Origin: Candidatus Latescibacterota bacterium
GTDB lineage: Bacteria > Latescibacterota > UBA2968 > GCA-2709665
Assembly (NCBI GenBank): GCA_965203805.1
Contig: OZ241917.1
Location: 2,592,001 to 2,656,000 of the forward strand
Length of the DNA: 64,000 nucleotides
Reading direction: 5' to 3'
Shown: positions 18,571-29,924 of the stretch, piece by piece
Numbering within the stretch: position 1 is the stretch's first letter
How the letters are laid out: every line of letters begins with the position of its first letter
Program-made: the position numbers and the translations under genes
Notes under the pieces: model-generated
Told to the model about the DNA's origin: nothing
What the model saw: the letters and a program-made list of their open reading frames with translations, nothing else
The model's database searches: none

Positions 18571-19485
18571 CTAATCAGAATATGATTCTGTTGCCAAGAA
18601 AAAATCAAGTTCTCGCTTGGCCTTGCGCCAACGACGTTGCATTTGTTGGATAGTGTCTTCGGGTGATTCTCGCAGTTTCATGTTCTCTATTTGCAATCTT
18701 AGAATTTTCTCATTGCTCACTAAACCATACCCTTCTAAACTGAGTGGGAAATTATGAAAGCCGATATTCTGAATGGACCAACCTAGCGTAGTGAATTTGC
18801 TAAAGCTATTGGCCGGTACCTTAATGATTAAGGTATCATTGAGCGTTGGTTCACCAAGCAGTCTCCATTGACGTACATTCTCTGCATTGGAATGCCTTGC
18901 AAGTAGCTCGGTCAACTCCCGAAACTCCCGTAGTATTTCCCTAATACGTTTGACGTCAAATTCAAACTCTTCAGCATTGAAGTCCTTCGGATCAATGCGA
19001 AATCCCGGAGCTGTAGTCGGAGAGAAGGTAGACAACGGTTGGCTATATCGCCTATAATAATCGTATGCTTTTTTGGCGCTGTCTTTTAATGCCTCATCAT
19101 TTATGTGAAGTTGCCATAATAAGTCACTTATCTTTGGATCAGAGAAATATTGCAAGGCTTGCACAACATTGTGACGTATCCACCAATCTTCTGCAGTTGT
19201 TGCTTTGATTAAGGCTTCTCTAGCAATTATCCGTTTTTCCAAATTCGTGTGAAGAAATCCATCTTCCTGTTGTATCCAACGTTTAATCACCCAGGCCGCT
19301 GTAACCGGCGCTGTGTCAAGACCACTTCGACCCAATTCCTCAACAACCACTTCAAATACGGGCTCACCGATTTCCGCTACAGCACTGTCACCATGACTCA
19401 GAATCCATCTAGGGTATTTATCAGTCGCTGAAACCGGGGACATATACAATAGAAATAATATCAAAACACCTGCTGTGGTCTTCAT
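18571..19485 (-). CDS. Secreted hypothetical protein with a HEAT-like repeat, low GC
   Basis: Signal peptide MKTTAGVLILFLLYMSPVSA; EDWWIRHNVVQALQY; AT-rich DNA. Confidence 0.65.
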   Translation of the reverse strand: MKTTAGVLILFLLYMSPVSATDKYPRWILSHGDSAVAEIGEPVFEVVVEELGRSGLDTAPVTAAWVIKRWIQQEDGFLHTNLEKRIIAREALIKATTAEDWWIRHNVVQALQYFSDPKISDLLWQLHINDEALKDSAKKAYDYYRRYSQPLSTFSPTTAPGFRIDPKDFNAEEFEFDVKRIREILREFRELTELLARHSNAENVRQWRLLGEPTLNDTLIIKVPANSFSKFTTLGWSIQNIGFHNFPLSLEGYGLVSNEKILRLQIENMKLRESPEDTIQQMQRRWRKAKRELDFFLATESYSD

Positions 19486-19530
19486 CCAAATATCCCTTCC
19501 TTTAATTCCCCTTTCGCCACAATTAGCTAA

Positions 19531-19822
19531 TGTCACGGTTCGCCCTAATGAGGCCATTCATGATCGGCATAATGGAGCCACCTGGAAGTGGCGATTTTAG
19601 TGTTTCGGAATGGGCACGTAATTAGTGTTTTTCAGCCTCCGTTCCAAGGTGTTTTTTGGGTGATTGTGGTAGGGTTTTGGAGATCGATAGCTGTCGCCGT
19701 CGAGAATGACACGATATGCGCCCTGTCTGAGGCGGTCGAGGGTGGCGGCGCGTTCATAACGTTCAGAGATGAGGTCGTGGAAGTCCTCGTCGTGCGGCGG
19801 CGCCATGGGATTGAGGCCGAAT
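19531..19822 (-). mobile_element. istB: IS21-family right-end remnant with deleted istB fragment
   Basis: FGLNP..PPHDEDFHDLISERYE...ATLDRLRQGAYRVILDGDSYR; end begins TGTCA with two repeated taatg..gcca boxes. Confidence 0.65.
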
Positions 19823-20087
19823 AGGGGCAGTCGAAAGGGGTGGACCAGAGTTAGGGTGGCGGAGGTGATTCCCCCTCAAGGGGGAGCGATGTCGATGTTC
19901 TGCCGGTCAGGTCGAGCACGGTTCCAGACGTTCAGGCACTATCCGGGGCGACAGGAGATACTTCCTCAGCCTGGAGGCTTCCTTAATCGGTCTCCAGGCC
20001 GGCAGAACGAAATCGAGGCAGGCAGGCCCCACCTTCACAACGGCTTCCTCAGCGTCTCCTTCTTACCGTGATTCCCCCTGCCCTTTG

Positions 20088-20111
20088 TAGGGGCGTCCCT
20101 TGTGGGCGCCC
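20088..20111. repeat. GTAG-type REP palindrome
   Basis: gtaggggcgtcccttgtgggcgccc: GTAG followed by a GC hairpin. Confidence 0.55.
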
Positions 20112-20210
20112 TGCCGATGGTTCTCTGGCAGGCCGCACCGTTTCCTCAGGATGACAGTTTGAGCGAGGGCGTAACGGATGCCTTTCGCGAATGAGGATCA
20201 GCCGCACCGG

Positions 20211-23126
20211 CTAAAACACAAAGATATCCTCGAGCCCGACCTCGCTGACCGTTCCGAATTTCTCCAGCGCCGCGATGTCGATTTTGTTTTTGTCCCCAAC
20301 GATGGAAATCAGCTTGACGCGGTTCTTCAGGTGCTTCCCGTAGAACCCCAGCATGTCGTCCATTTCCGCGGCCTGGATTCTCTCGAATCGCGACTTTCGG
20401 GGATCCACGGGAACGCCCAGACGTTCCCAGGAACGAACGGATCCCAGGACCCGTCGAAAGCTGATTTTGCTGGTGCGGTATCTGTTCAGTATGGAGGTGC
20501 GGGCTTCTTCAAATCGCTCGGGTGTGACCGGCATGTTGTCGATCAGGTCGATAAACGCCGCCACGGCCTCGATCGTCTTGTCGGGCTGGCAGGCGATGGA
20601 TCCCGCCAGGAGGTTCTGGTCTCCCTTACGGTTGCCGTTGAAGTACCGCGCCCATGCCGAGTAGGCCAGCGCGCGGGCTTCCCGCAATTCCTGGAAGACG
20701 ATACCGCTCATTCCGCCGCCGAAATAGCTGTTGTAGAGTTCCGTAGCGGGAACCGACGCCTCGTTGTAATCCACGTCGCCGAACTCGATGTAGACGAGCG
20801 CCTGGGCGAGCGATTTGTCAAAAAAGCGGATTTCGGTCTTCTCGGGCGTCCTCGCCTTATAGAACCGGTACGGCGGGGGGTCTGCAAGATCACCTGAGAC
20901 CCTATGGTATTTCTTCAGCGCCGCCGTCACCCGTTCAAGGGGAAGAGAACCGGTATACGCGATCGTGTGCTTGTACTCCAACAGGCCCCGCACCAACCCA
21001 TGCAGTTCCTCAACCGAAAGTTCCAGCAACGCGTCGTTGGGCAGCATGCGCAGGTAGCGTGACGCTTTGCCGTATCTGTTGTTCAGGACAACGCCGCCCT
21101 GAATGGTGCGGTGATTTTTTTTCGTGTCCTCGCGCTCTCCGAGGATGATGCCGACAAGCTGTTCGAGTGTCGCCTTGTCGGCCGACGGGTTGCTCACAAG
21201 CTCAGCCATCAACGCCAGCGAGGCATCGAAGTTCTCGTCGAGGCCGGAAATGGTCACGGTGGTTTCATTGTTGCCCGCCGACAGAGAGAATTCCGTGCCG
21301 AGTTTGTACCACTCCTTCTTGAGGGCTTCGGAGGTGTGGCGTCCGGTACCCGACTTGTCGAGCAAGCGGGCGGCAACACCCATCCTGTTGTTCTGGTTGT
21401 TCCCGAGGTCCACCGTAAAGCTGAGCGTAAAGAGATCGTTGATCGGGTTGCGGGAATAGTAGAGCCGGACGCCATCGTGGTATTCCGCGATCCGGTAGTC
21501 CTTGTCCGGATCGACAAACGTCGGCTCGATTTCTTCCGCGGGCATGGACAGTACGTTGCCCGCGAAAGCGGACTGCCGGGTGGCGTCGATTTCGATCTTG
21601 TCGATCTGCGGTTTCGGAATTTTGGGAATTTCGTGCTGTTCATCCAGCCGGTACCCGGCAACGTAGTTGTCCGCGAAGTATTTCCGTGCGACGCGTACGA
21701 CGTCCGCTTTGGTGACCTTTTCAAGGCGGGCGATCTCACCGGCGGTATGGCTCCAGTCCTGGTGTGCAAGAAATGAATTCCGCATCCGGCGCACCCGTGC
21801 ATTGTCCGACTCCATTTCTCGCTTCTCGTACTTCTTGAAGTCGGTGACGATGGCGGGCAGAATCCAGTCTTCGAAACCCCCGCTCTTGACGATTTCAATC
21901 TGATCCAGGAGCAGTTGTTCGAGTTCCTCCAGTGCCTGGCCTTTTTTGGGAATGCCCCACAGATACTGGGCGCCGTGGTCGTTGTACAGGGTGGGGTACG
22001 ATCCGGCCCTGCGTACCCGTTGTTTCTGGTTCAGGTTGAGGTTGATCAGTCCGGCCGTGGCGTTGTCCAGGATCATATCCAGGAGTTTGAGCGCGTCCGC
22101 GTCTTCGTGATTCCTTGACGCGGTCCGGAATGCCAGAAGGGCGAACTCTTCTCCCTGGTATTTGACCTTCGCCCGTTCGACGCCGTTGAGGGGCGCTTCC
22201 TCCCAATCGGGCAACTGAGGCAGGGTACCCTTGCGCCACCCGGAGAAATGCCCGTCGATGAGTTTGATCGTTTCGTCGATCCGGATGTCTCCCGAGATCG
22301 CGATCGCCATATTGTTGGGCACGTAATAGGTATTGTAAAACCGGTACATGTTTTTCAGCGACGGATTCTTCAGGTGTTCCACCTTTCCGATCGTGGTCTG
22401 CTGGCCGTAGGGGTGTTTCTTGTAAAGCAGATCGGCGACCGCGTAGCTGATGATCCGGTCCTTGTTGTCCATCGACCGGTTTTTTTCTTCGTAGACGGTC
22501 TCGAGTTCGGACTGGAACAGCCGGAAGACGGCGTTCCGGAAGCGTTCGGATTCGATGACGGCCCAGTGGCGCAACCGGTTGGCGGGCAGATTGATCCTGT
22601 AGACCGTCTCTTCGTGCCAGGTATGCGCGTTCAATCCGGTGCCGCCCATGGCTTTGTAGAGCTTGTCTATCTCGTTTGGTATGGCATACGCGGCCGCCAG
22701 CTGGGACTCCTTGTTGATCTCGGCGTAGATGGCTTTTCGCTTTTCCGGGTCTGCTTCGCTGAAATGCTCCTCATAGAGACCGGTGATACGGTCGAGATGC
22801 GCTTTTTCCTTTTCGTAGTCGAGTGAACCGATGTTTTGAGTGCCCTTGAACAACATATGCTCCAGGTAATGCGCCAGTCCGGTGGATTCGGCCGGATCGT
22901 GTTTGCTGCCCGCCCGTACGATGATTTCCGCGTAAAAGCGAGGCGTCTGATGGTTTTCGGTGAGATAGACCGTAAGTCCGTTATCCAGACGAAAGATATG
23001 TGCCGCCATCGGATCGTCGGAACCGGGTTCGTGAATACGAGTGTACGCGGCATCGAGGCTGGATACCGGACCGCAGAGAACGGCGACAAGAAGAATGGCG
23101 GACGACGCGAAACGCGACTGATGCAT
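20211..23126 (-). CDS. M16 (insulinase/PqqL-like) zinc metallopeptidase, exported
   Basis: GLAHYLEHMLFKGT (HxxEH), RLDNGL, signal peptide, ELREARALAYS. Confidence 0.92.
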   Translation of the reverse strand: MHQSRFASSAILLVAVLCGPVSSLDAAYTRIHEPGSDDPMAAHIFRLDNGLTVYLTENHQTPRFYAEIIVRAGSKHDPAESTGLAHYLEHMLFKGTQNIGSLDYEKEKAHLDRITGLYEEHFSEADPEKRKAIYAEINKESQLAAAYAIPNEIDKLYKAMGGTGLNAHTWHEETVYRINLPANRLRHWAVIESERFRNAVFRLFQSELETVYEEKNRSMDNKDRIISYAVADLLYKKHPYGQQTTIGKVEHLKNPSLKNMYRFYNTYYVPNNMAIAISGDIRIDETIKLIDGHFSGWRKGTLPQLPDWEEAPLNGVERAKVKYQGEEFALLAFRTASRNHEDADALKLLDMILDNATAGLINLNLNQKQRVRRAGSYPTLYNDHGAQYLWGIPKKGQALEELEQLLLDQIEIVKSGGFEDWILPAIVTDFKKYEKREMESDNARVRRMRNSFLAHQDWSHTAGEIARLEKVTKADVVRVARKYFADNYVAGYRLDEQHEIPKIPKPQIDKIEIDATRQSAFAGNVLSMPAEEIEPTFVDPDKDYRIAEYHDGVRLYYSRNPINDLFTLSFTVDLGNNQNNRMGVAARLLDKSGTGRHTSEALKKEWYKLGTEFSLSAGNNETTVTISGLDENFDASLALMAELVSNPSADKATLEQLVGIILGEREDTKKNHRTIQGGVVLNNRYGKASRYLRMLPNDALLELSVEELHGLVRGLLEYKHTIAYTGSLPLERVTAALKKYHRVSGDLADPPPYRFYKARTPEKTEIRFFDKSLAQALVYIEFGDVDYNEASVPATELYNSYFGGGMSGIVFQELREARALAYSAWARYFNGNRKGDQNLLAGSIACQPDKTIEAVAAFIDLIDNMPVTPERFEEARTSILNRYRTSKISFRRVLGSVRSWERLGVPVDPRKSRFERIQAAEMDDMLGFYGKHLKNRVKLISIVGDKNKIDIAALEKFGTVSEVGLEDIFVF

Positions 23127-23212
23127 GGATGAGTCTCCCTGTTGTGAATCCGATCGAACCAATGAACGTTACCGGGCATTGACCGCGAAATCCTCGCGGC
23201 CGCCGACTTAGC

Positions 23213-23241
23213 AATATAACAAGAGTGGCGGTTGAATTCAA
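23213..23241 (-). promoter_or_regulatory. Sigma70-like promoter of the M16 peptidase gene
   Basis: TTGAAT-N17-TATATT with TG extension on the minus strand. Confidence 0.45.
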
Positions 23242-23395
23242 TCCCCCGCGGTGTTTCGGGCAGGTCCCGTGTCCGGTTGCCCCCGGCGCGCGGCGGACCG
23301 TTCCGCAAACCAATAGAGCGGCCGACATGACGTCGGCCGCTCAATGGAGTTTCCGTACCCGGTCGGGCGCGTGAAACCCTGCCCGCAAACCGCCG

Positions 23396-24658
23396 CTACT
23401 GAAGCTCCCCGGCTTGCGTCACCACCTTTCGGAATGCCTCCGCGTGTTCCCTGATGACTTCGGGGCGATAGTGCTTGAACCACGGGATGGAAAACAGGCG
23501 TTCCGACATCCGCTCCGTCTGCGGCAGGCTCCCCTCGCCGTGGCGAACGTCGGCGTCCGAATGCGCGACCCGCGTGGGTTCGCCGTGGCCGTAGACGTCA
23601 GCCTCGTTCAAAACCGGATGCAGGTGCATCAGCAGGTTGGCCCCTGCGCCGCAGGAGGTCCCTTCAGCCCGCACCGCCTCGCAGAACTTCCGCAGGGGCA
23701 GCCCGCCGAGTTCCTCCGGCACGTAGATGCCATGCGCGGCATACCAGCCGCCCATCGTGCTGCCGGAGCCCTTCGGCGGCCTGTGGGGGCGCAGCCCCGG
23801 CGCGCCTTCGAGCAGGTCCCAGAACGTGTTCATCGACCTGTCGATTTCCTCCATCCGTTCCCGGTAATGCCTGAGCTGGACGCGCCCTACGGCCGACGAC
23901 AACTGGTGCATCCTGTATTTGAATCCGCCCAGAGGCACGCCGGCAAACTTCTTCAACTCGGGATTCTCGATCTGCCCCGTCCGTTCGTAGTGGCCGAACG
24001 CAACCGCGCGTTCGTAGATCTCCTGGTCGTCGGTGACCAGCATCCCCGCCTCGCCGATCGCCAACGACTTTCCTGCCATGCAGGACATTGCGCCCACGTG
24101 GCCGATGCCGCCCGTCAGGCGCCCCTTGTACATCGCGCCGTGGGCGTGGGAGACGTCTTCGATCACCTTGATTCCGCGGGCGTTTGCGATTTCCATGATT
24201 GCATCCATATCCGTCGGATGGCCGAAATAGTGGACGGCCACGATCGCCTTGGTTCTGTCCGTAATCTTCCGTTCCACGTCGGCCGGGTCCAGTGTGATCG
24301 TCTCAGGGTCGATATCCGCGTAGACGATGGTCGCGCCGAGATTCATCGCCTGCAGCACCGATGCCCAGAACGTCATGCTCTGGCAGATGATTTCATCTCC
24401 CACACCCACGCCGCATCCGAACATCGCCGAATGGATCGAAGATGTACCCGTATTGTGCCCAAGCGCGTACTTCGTTCCGAACCAGTCGGCGTATTCCTTT
24501 TCAAACTTCACCGTGACGTCCGTACCGGACATGGCCCCGCGACGCAGTACCTCCAGCGCGGCCTCTTCGTCTTCCCCGGTAATGATCGGCCAGGTGAACA
24601 TGTCTCCCGGATCGGTCTTCACCGCCCTCGATCCACCCAGAATGGCCAGCTTGTCCAT
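23396..24658 (-). CDS. DegT/DnrJ/EryC1/StrS aminotransferase
   Basis: GVGVGDEII, VIEDVSHAHG, GKSLAIGEAG (PLP Lys). Confidence 0.9.
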   Translation of the reverse strand: MDKLAILGGSRAVKTDPGDMFTWPIITGEDEEAALEVLRRGAMSGTDVTVKFEKEYADWFGTKYALGHNTGTSSIHSAMFGCGVGVGDEIICQSMTFWASVLQAMNLGATIVYADIDPETITLDPADVERKITDRTKAIVAVHYFGHPTDMDAIMEIANARGIKVIEDVSHAHGAMYKGRLTGGIGHVGAMSCMAGKSLAIGEAGMLVTDDQEIYERAVAFGHYERTGQIENPELKKFAGVPLGGFKYRMHQLSSAVGRVQLRHYRERMEEIDRSMNTFWDLLEGAPGLRPHRPPKGSGSTMGGWYAAHGIYVPEELGGLPLRKFCEAVRAEGTSCGAGANLLMHLHPVLNEADVYGHGEPTRVAHSDADVRHGEGSLPQTERMSERLFSIPWFKHYRPEVIREHAEAFRKVVTQAGELQ

Positions 24659-25045
24659 CGTCGAACCTCCTCAGGAACGTTCCACCCCTGCGTTCAGAAG
24701 CTACCTGGAAAATAACGTCAGAAACTACGAAACACGCGAAAAAAACGAAAGATCCGTGGCTGAGACCAATTACCGCAGGAGGCGCAACACCGCAATGTTG
24801 CACGCGGATGAATTCGCCTCAGCAATCGGTTTAATACCAAAATAAAACCGATTCCGCAAGCGAAATATGCCGCAATCGACCTTTCGCGTTTCCCCTTGAT
24901 TTTCAGCCATGAATTCGGTAATTAGCCTCAATTCGAAAAAAGAAAACCGAAGAATTGGCCACAAAAAGCACAAAAGGCACAAAGAGCATCCGTTCAAAGT
25001 AGCGTGTGTCGTAACGCCGCCAATTGTTCAGCACATCCGGTTTCC

Positions 25046-26023
25046 ATGTCCATCCTCATCACCGGAATCACGGGCAGGATCGGCGCCAACCTGGCCGGAG
25101 CGCTTGCAGGCCGGGGGCACGCCGTACGCGGCCTGGTCTGGCCGCGGGATCCCCGCGTCGACAAACTGAACGGCCTCGGTGTGGAGCTCGTCTCCGGCAG
25201 TCTCACGAATGCAGGCGACGTACTGGCGGCCATGCAGGGCATAGAGACGGTTTTCCACCTGGGCGCGGCCTTTCAGGGCGGCGGTCCGTTTTCCGAAACG
25301 GACTATTTCGAAATCAACGTGCGCGGCACGTTCAACATGCTCGAAGCCGCCAGAGCGCAGGACACGCCGCCGCGGTTCATTTTCGCGGGCACGGACGCCG
25401 TTTACGAAAAGTACGTCCCGGGGGGACTGGCCGAACCGATCCGGGAAGACCGGACACCCCGGCACTGCCGCGGATGGTACGCGCTGTCCAAATCGCTCGG
25501 CGAAGAACTCTGTACCGGATACTGGCTCACCTGCGAGCTGCCCGTGGTCGTGCTTCGGTTCTGCATGGTCTTCGGCGCGGGCGAGATTCTGGACTTTCCC
25601 CAGTTCCGATTGAGCGGATTGAAAGGCCGTCCCGAATTCAAGGGCTCGTGGCGGGGAACGGAGCGCCTGGTGGTACTCAGCGACCCGGAGGGCAGACCCT
25701 TCAAGAAACACGTCACTGACGTGCGTGACGTCGTCCACGGCTGCCAACGGGCGATGTGCGCGGAGGGCGTATCGGGTGAAATCATCCAGCTGGCCGGGCC
25801 TGCGCCCTTCACCTGGGATGAAGCCGTCCCGTATCTTTCGGAACGTCTGGACGTCCCCTATATCGAAGCCGTCCCGCGGGGAGACCCCACGTTCTATGAA
25901 TTCGACCTGTCCAAAGCCCGTAATCTGTTGGGGTTCAATCCCCGGTACGATATACGAAAGATGATCGACGATGCCCTGGCCTACCGGCGCGGGGATGACA
26001 TCGGCGTCCTGCCGACGGACTAA
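25046..26023 (+). CDS. NAD-dependent epimerase/dehydratase
   Basis: ITGITGRIG, YALSK (YxxxK). Confidence 0.88.
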   Translation: MSILITGITGRIGANLAGALAGRGHAVRGLVWPRDPRVDKLNGLGVELVSGSLTNAGDVLAAMQGIETVFHLGAAFQGGGPFSETDYFEINVRGTFNMLEAARAQDTPPRFIFAGTDAVYEKYVPGGLAEPIREDRTPRHCRGWYALSKSLGEELCTGYWLTCELPVVVLRFCMVFGAGEILDFPQFRLSGLKGRPEFKGSWRGTERLVVLSDPEGRPFKKHVTDVRDVVHGCQRAMCAEGVSGEIIQLAGPAPFTWDEAVPYLSERLDVPYIEAVPRGDPTFYEFDLSKARNLLGFNPRYDIRKMIDDALAYRRGDDIGVLPTD

Positions 26024-26033
26024 GGAGGAGTTC

Positions 26034-26795
26034 ATGTCGCCGGAAGGCACCTTCTGGCCCGATGGCGCCCGGGGCGCCGTAAGCCTCACCTTCGACGACG
26101 GCCTCGAAACGCAACTGGACCATGCGATTCCCTGCCTGGACGAAGTCAACCTGAAGGGGACGTTCTACGTCAACCCCGGCCGGTCGGAAGTCTGGGAATC
26201 GCAGGTCCCCCGGTGGCAGCAGGCCGGCAAAAACGGTCACGAACTCGGCAATCACACCTCGATGCATCCGTGTTCCTGCAACTTCGGATTCCGAAACGAC
26301 GGCTATTGTCTCGAAAACCTGGGGCTGGATGACATCGCGCGCACCATCGACGAAGCCACCGAAGTCATGGACCGCCTGTTTCCCGAACAACAGGGCGACC
26401 GGACGTTCTGCTATCCCTGTTACCAGACCTACGTGGGGGCCGGCGAAAACCGGCAATCCTATGTCCCGCTCGTCGCCCGCCGGTTCAAGGCCGCCCGGGG
26501 CTGGGGCGAACGCGCCAACCATCCGGAACGGATCGACCTGGCATGCACGTGGTCCCTGCCCGTAGACGGACACACCGGAACAGAGATGGTCGCGTTCATC
26601 GACAACGCCGTGCGGGACGGTCTTTGGGCCGTCATCTGCATGCACGGCATCGGCGGCCAGCATCTCTCCATTTCAACGGCGTCGTTGAGGGAAGTCGTTC
26701 GGTATCTGGACGCCAACCGGGACAATATCTGGACCGCCACGATGATCGACGTCGCCGATCGTATCCTTCGGCATCGTCGCTCCCGGGACGGATAA
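26034..26795 (+). CDS. Polysaccharide deacetylase (NodB family)
   Basis: SLTFDDG, GHELGNHTSMH, FCYPC; AGGAGG SD. Confidence 0.9.
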   Translation: MSPEGTFWPDGARGAVSLTFDDGLETQLDHAIPCLDEVNLKGTFYVNPGRSEVWESQVPRWQQAGKNGHELGNHTSMHPCSCNFGFRNDGYCLENLGLDDIARTIDEATEVMDRLFPEQQGDRTFCYPCYQTYVGAGENRQSYVPLVARRFKAARGWGERANHPERIDLACTWSLPVDGHTGTEMVAFIDNAVRDGLWAVICMHGIGGQHLSISTASLREVVRYLDANRDNIWTATMIDVADRILRHRRSRDG

Positions 26796-26854
26796 CGGGA
26801 ACATCCGCTTCGCGGACCCCCTTTACTCAAGAGCGGAAACACAGAGGATTTCGC

Positions 26855-27961
26855 ATGATCGTACAGACACATCTCATCGGATGCCGTAAAGCCGACCTGG
26901 ACACGCCGGCGCTCCTGGTGGACCTGCCCACACTGGAACGAAACACCAGGAAGATGGCGGACACCATCATCCACAAAGCGGGCGTCCAGTGGCGGCCTCA
27001 CACGAAGGGCATGAAGACGCCGGCGCTCGCCCACCGGCTGCTGGAAGCGGGCGCCATCGGCATTACCTGCGCCAAACTGGGCGAGGCCGAGGTGATGGCC
27101 GCGGGCGGCGTCAACGATATCCTTATCGCCAACCAGATTGTCGGCCCCCGGAAAATCGCGCGCCTCGTCAACCTTCGAAAACAGGCCGACGTCATGGTCT
27201 GCGTGGACAATGAGAGCAACGTTCGCCAACTCAGCCTCGCCGCCGCGGAAAAAGGCGTGCGCGTCCGGGTGCTGATCGAGGTCGACGTGGGCATGAACCG
27301 CGCGGGCGTTGCGCCGGGCGGACCCGTTTTATCCCTTGCGCGGACGATCTCCGCCTGCCCGGGTCTGGAACTCTCGGGCCTGATGACGTGGGAAGCGCAC
27401 ACGCTGGCCATAAAGGACCCCTGCGAAAAACGGCGGATCATCACGGAATCCCTTTCGAAACTCACCGACAGCGCGGACCTGTGCCGCCGCAGCGGAATCC
27501 GCGTGGACATTCTCAGTTGCGGCGGCACAGGCACGTACTGGATCAGCGCTTTCCATCCCGGCGTCACCGAGATCGAAGCCGGCGGCGGCATCTTCGGCGA
27601 TATCCGGTACCGAACCGTCTTCGGTGTGCAGCACGAATACGCCCTCACGGTGCTTTCCACCGTCACCAGCCGACCCGCGCCCAACCGCATCATCTGCGAC
27701 GCGGGAAAGAAGACGATGAGCAGCGACTCATCCGTTCCGGCGCCGATCGGCATCCCCAACGTCACCCTGGTAAGCCTTTCCGCCGAACACGGTAAGATTG
27801 AACTGGGGGCCCCCGCGGAGACCCCGGGAGTTGGCGAAACCATCGAATTCGTGGCGGGTTACTCCGATACGACGGTGGTCCTGCACGACGAACTCTACGG
27901 AATCCGCGACGGCGTGGTCGAAGCCGTCTGGCCGCTTCCGGCCCGCGGCCGCCTGCAGTGA
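26855..27961 (+). CDS. D-threonine aldolase/DSD1-family PLP enzyme
   Basis: LDTPALLVD, WRPHTK, GGTGTY, DAGKK, LSAEHG. Confidence 0.88.
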   Translation: MIVQTHLIGCRKADLDTPALLVDLPTLERNTRKMADTIIHKAGVQWRPHTKGMKTPALAHRLLEAGAIGITCAKLGEAEVMAAGGVNDILIANQIVGPRKIARLVNLRKQADVMVCVDNESNVRQLSLAAAEKGVRVRVLIEVDVGMNRAGVAPGGPVLSLARTISACPGLELSGLMTWEAHTLAIKDPCEKRRIITESLSKLTDSADLCRRSGIRVDILSCGGTGTYWISAFHPGVTEIEAGGGIFGDIRYRTVFGVQHEYALTVLSTVTSRPAPNRIICDAGKKTMSSDSSVPAPIGIPNVTLVSLSAEHGKIELGAPAETPGVGETIEFVAGYSDTTVVLHDELYGIRDGVVEAVWPLPARGRLQ

Positions 27962-28082
27962 CATGACCCGGCGGGTCCGGAATTCACCCATTGCAGAAAG
28001 CGGTCGCGAAATGACCGGAAACAGCCGCTCGAAACCGCACGTTCCGCCGCTCGAGCGACCTCCGGTTTCGGCCAGTTTTGTA

Positions 28083-28111
28083 TTGACGAATTTCGCATAA
28101 ATCGTTATCAT
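28083..28111 (+). promoter_or_regulatory. Sigma70-like promoter of the frd operon
   Basis: TTGACG-N17-TATCAT. Confidence 0.55.
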
Positions 28112-28160
28112 AAGTGCTCTTTACGAAGGAACCGAACGCGATCCATCCCCGGGGACTTAA

Positions 28161-29870
28161 ATGGATACACCGATTCACGACGTGCTTCTCGTAGGCGGTG
28201 GCGCGGCGGGCTTGCGCGCCGCCATCGCCGCGGCGGAAACCGATGCCGGTCTGAACGTCGCCGTCGTCTCCAAAGTCTATCCCATGCGCAGCCACACCGT
28301 CTCGGCCGAGGGCGGCGCGGCAGCCGTCATGCGCGAGTACGACAATCTCGATCTCCACTCCTTCGACACGATCAGAGGCAGCGACTACCTGGCCGACCAG
28401 GACGTGGTCGAAGCCTTTGTAAAGGAAGCGCAGGACGAATCCATTCAGCTCGAACACTGGGGCTGCCCCTGGAGCCGGGATGAAGACGGGCGGGTCAGCG
28501 TACGGGCTTTCGGCGGGATGAGCGTCAAGCGCACCCTCTATGCGGCCGACAAAACCGGCTTCCATATGTTGCACGCCCTGTTTCAGACCTCCCTGAAGTA
28601 CAACGCGGTGACCCGGTACGACGAGTGGTTTGTCACGTCTCTTCTTGTAGACGACGGAAGGGTCTGCGGCGTGGCCGCGCTGAACATGCGCACGGGCGCC
28701 ATCCACGCGATCGGCGCGAAAACGGTGATCATCTGCACCGGGGGCGGCGGGAAGATCTTCCCGTTTACCACGAATGCCGCCATCAAGAACGGCGACGGCA
28801 TGGCCCTTGCCTACCGCATCGGGTGTCCGTTGAAAGACATGGAGTTCGTCCAGTACCATCCCACCGGTCTTCCCGGTACGGGCATCCTGATGACCGAGGC
28901 TTCGCGAGGGGAAGGCGGCTATCTGGTCAACAACAAGGGTGACCGCTATCTGAGCGAATACATCCCCGGCAAAATGGAACTGGGCCCGCGCGATATCCTT
29001 TCCCGCGCGTTCATGTATGAAATGCGGGAGGGCCGCGTTTTCGAAGGGCCCTATGGCAACTACGTCCATCTGGACCTGAGACACCTGGGCGAGAAAGTCA
29101 TCGACGAAAAGCTGCCCTTTGTCAGGGAACTGTCCAGGAACTACGTGGGGATCGATCCGGTCCAGGACGCCATCCCCGTCCGCCCGGTGGTCCACTACAT
29201 GATGGGCGGCGTCCATACCGATATCGACGGCGTCACGCCTATTCCGGGCCTCTACGCTGCCGGCGAAGCCGCATGCGTGAGCCTGAACGGCGCCAACCGG
29301 CTGGGCTCCAATTCCCTCACGGAGTGCCTCGTTTTCGGCGCCCGTGCCGGCAAAGTCGCCGCGCAGTACGCCAGCGGACAGGCGGCGCCCGGCCAGGGCA
29401 CGCTCGAGAACCTCGCCAGCGACGAGCGGATGCGCATCGAACGGACGTACCTGCAGCCGCGCAACGGCAAGGAACGCGTGGCGGACATTCGTACTGAAAT
29501 GCAGGCGGCGATGGAACGCGGCGCGGGCATCTTCCGTAATGAAGAGACGTTGAAAGAAACCTGCGAAGTCCTGAGGAACCTTCAGGAACGCTTTCGAAAC
29601 GTCGGCCTGGACGACACCTCGAGCGTATTCAACACCGAACTCACGGCGGCGCTGGAACTGGGATTCATGCTGGATGCGGCTGAAGCGCTTGCGCACGCCG
29701 CCCTGGACCGCAAGGAATCCAGGGGCTCTCACTCCCGCTCGGATTTCGAGGACCGGGACGATGAGACCTATCTCCAACACTCGTTGACCTATAAGACGGA
29801 AGCCGGCCCGCGCACCGACTACCTTCCCGTAACGATCACGCGCTGGCAACCCGAAGAGCGCAAATACTGA
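28161..29870 (+). CDS. frdA: Fumarate reductase/succinate dehydrogenase flavoprotein subunit
   Basis: [16 protein letters not shown] (covalent FAD His), [21 protein letters not shown]. Confidence 0.93.
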   Translation: MDTPIHDVLLVGGGAAGLRAAIAAAETDAGLNVAVVSKVYPMRSHTVSAEGGAAAVMREYDNLDLHSFDTIRGSDYLADQDVVEAFVKEAQDESIQLEHWGCPWSRDEDGRVSVRAFGGMSVKRTLYAADKTGFHMLHALFQTSLKYNAVTRYDEWFVTSLLVDDGRVCGVAALNMRTGAIHAIGAKTVIICTGGGGKIFPFTTNAAIKNGDGMALAYRIGCPLKDMEFVQYHPTGLPGTGILMTEASRGEGGYLVNNKGDRYLSEYIPGKMELGPRDILSRAFMYEMREGRVFEGPYGNYVHLDLRHLGEKVIDEKLPFVRELSRNYVGIDPVQDAIPVRPVVHYMMGGVHTDIDGVTPIPGLYAAGEAACVSLNGANRLGSNSLTECLVFGARAGKVAAQYASGQAAPGQGTLENLASDERMRIERTYLQPRNGKERVADIRTEMQAAMERGAGIFRNEETLKETCEVLRNLQERFRNVGLDDTSSVFNTELTAALELGFMLDAAEALAHAALDRKESRGSHSRSDFEDRDDETYLQHSLTYKTEAGPRTDYLPVTITRWQPEERKY

Positions 29871-29924
29871 CGACAGGACGTGAGGCGCGAAATCCGGATT
29901 CCGGAACGTCCGCAAGGGGATTTC

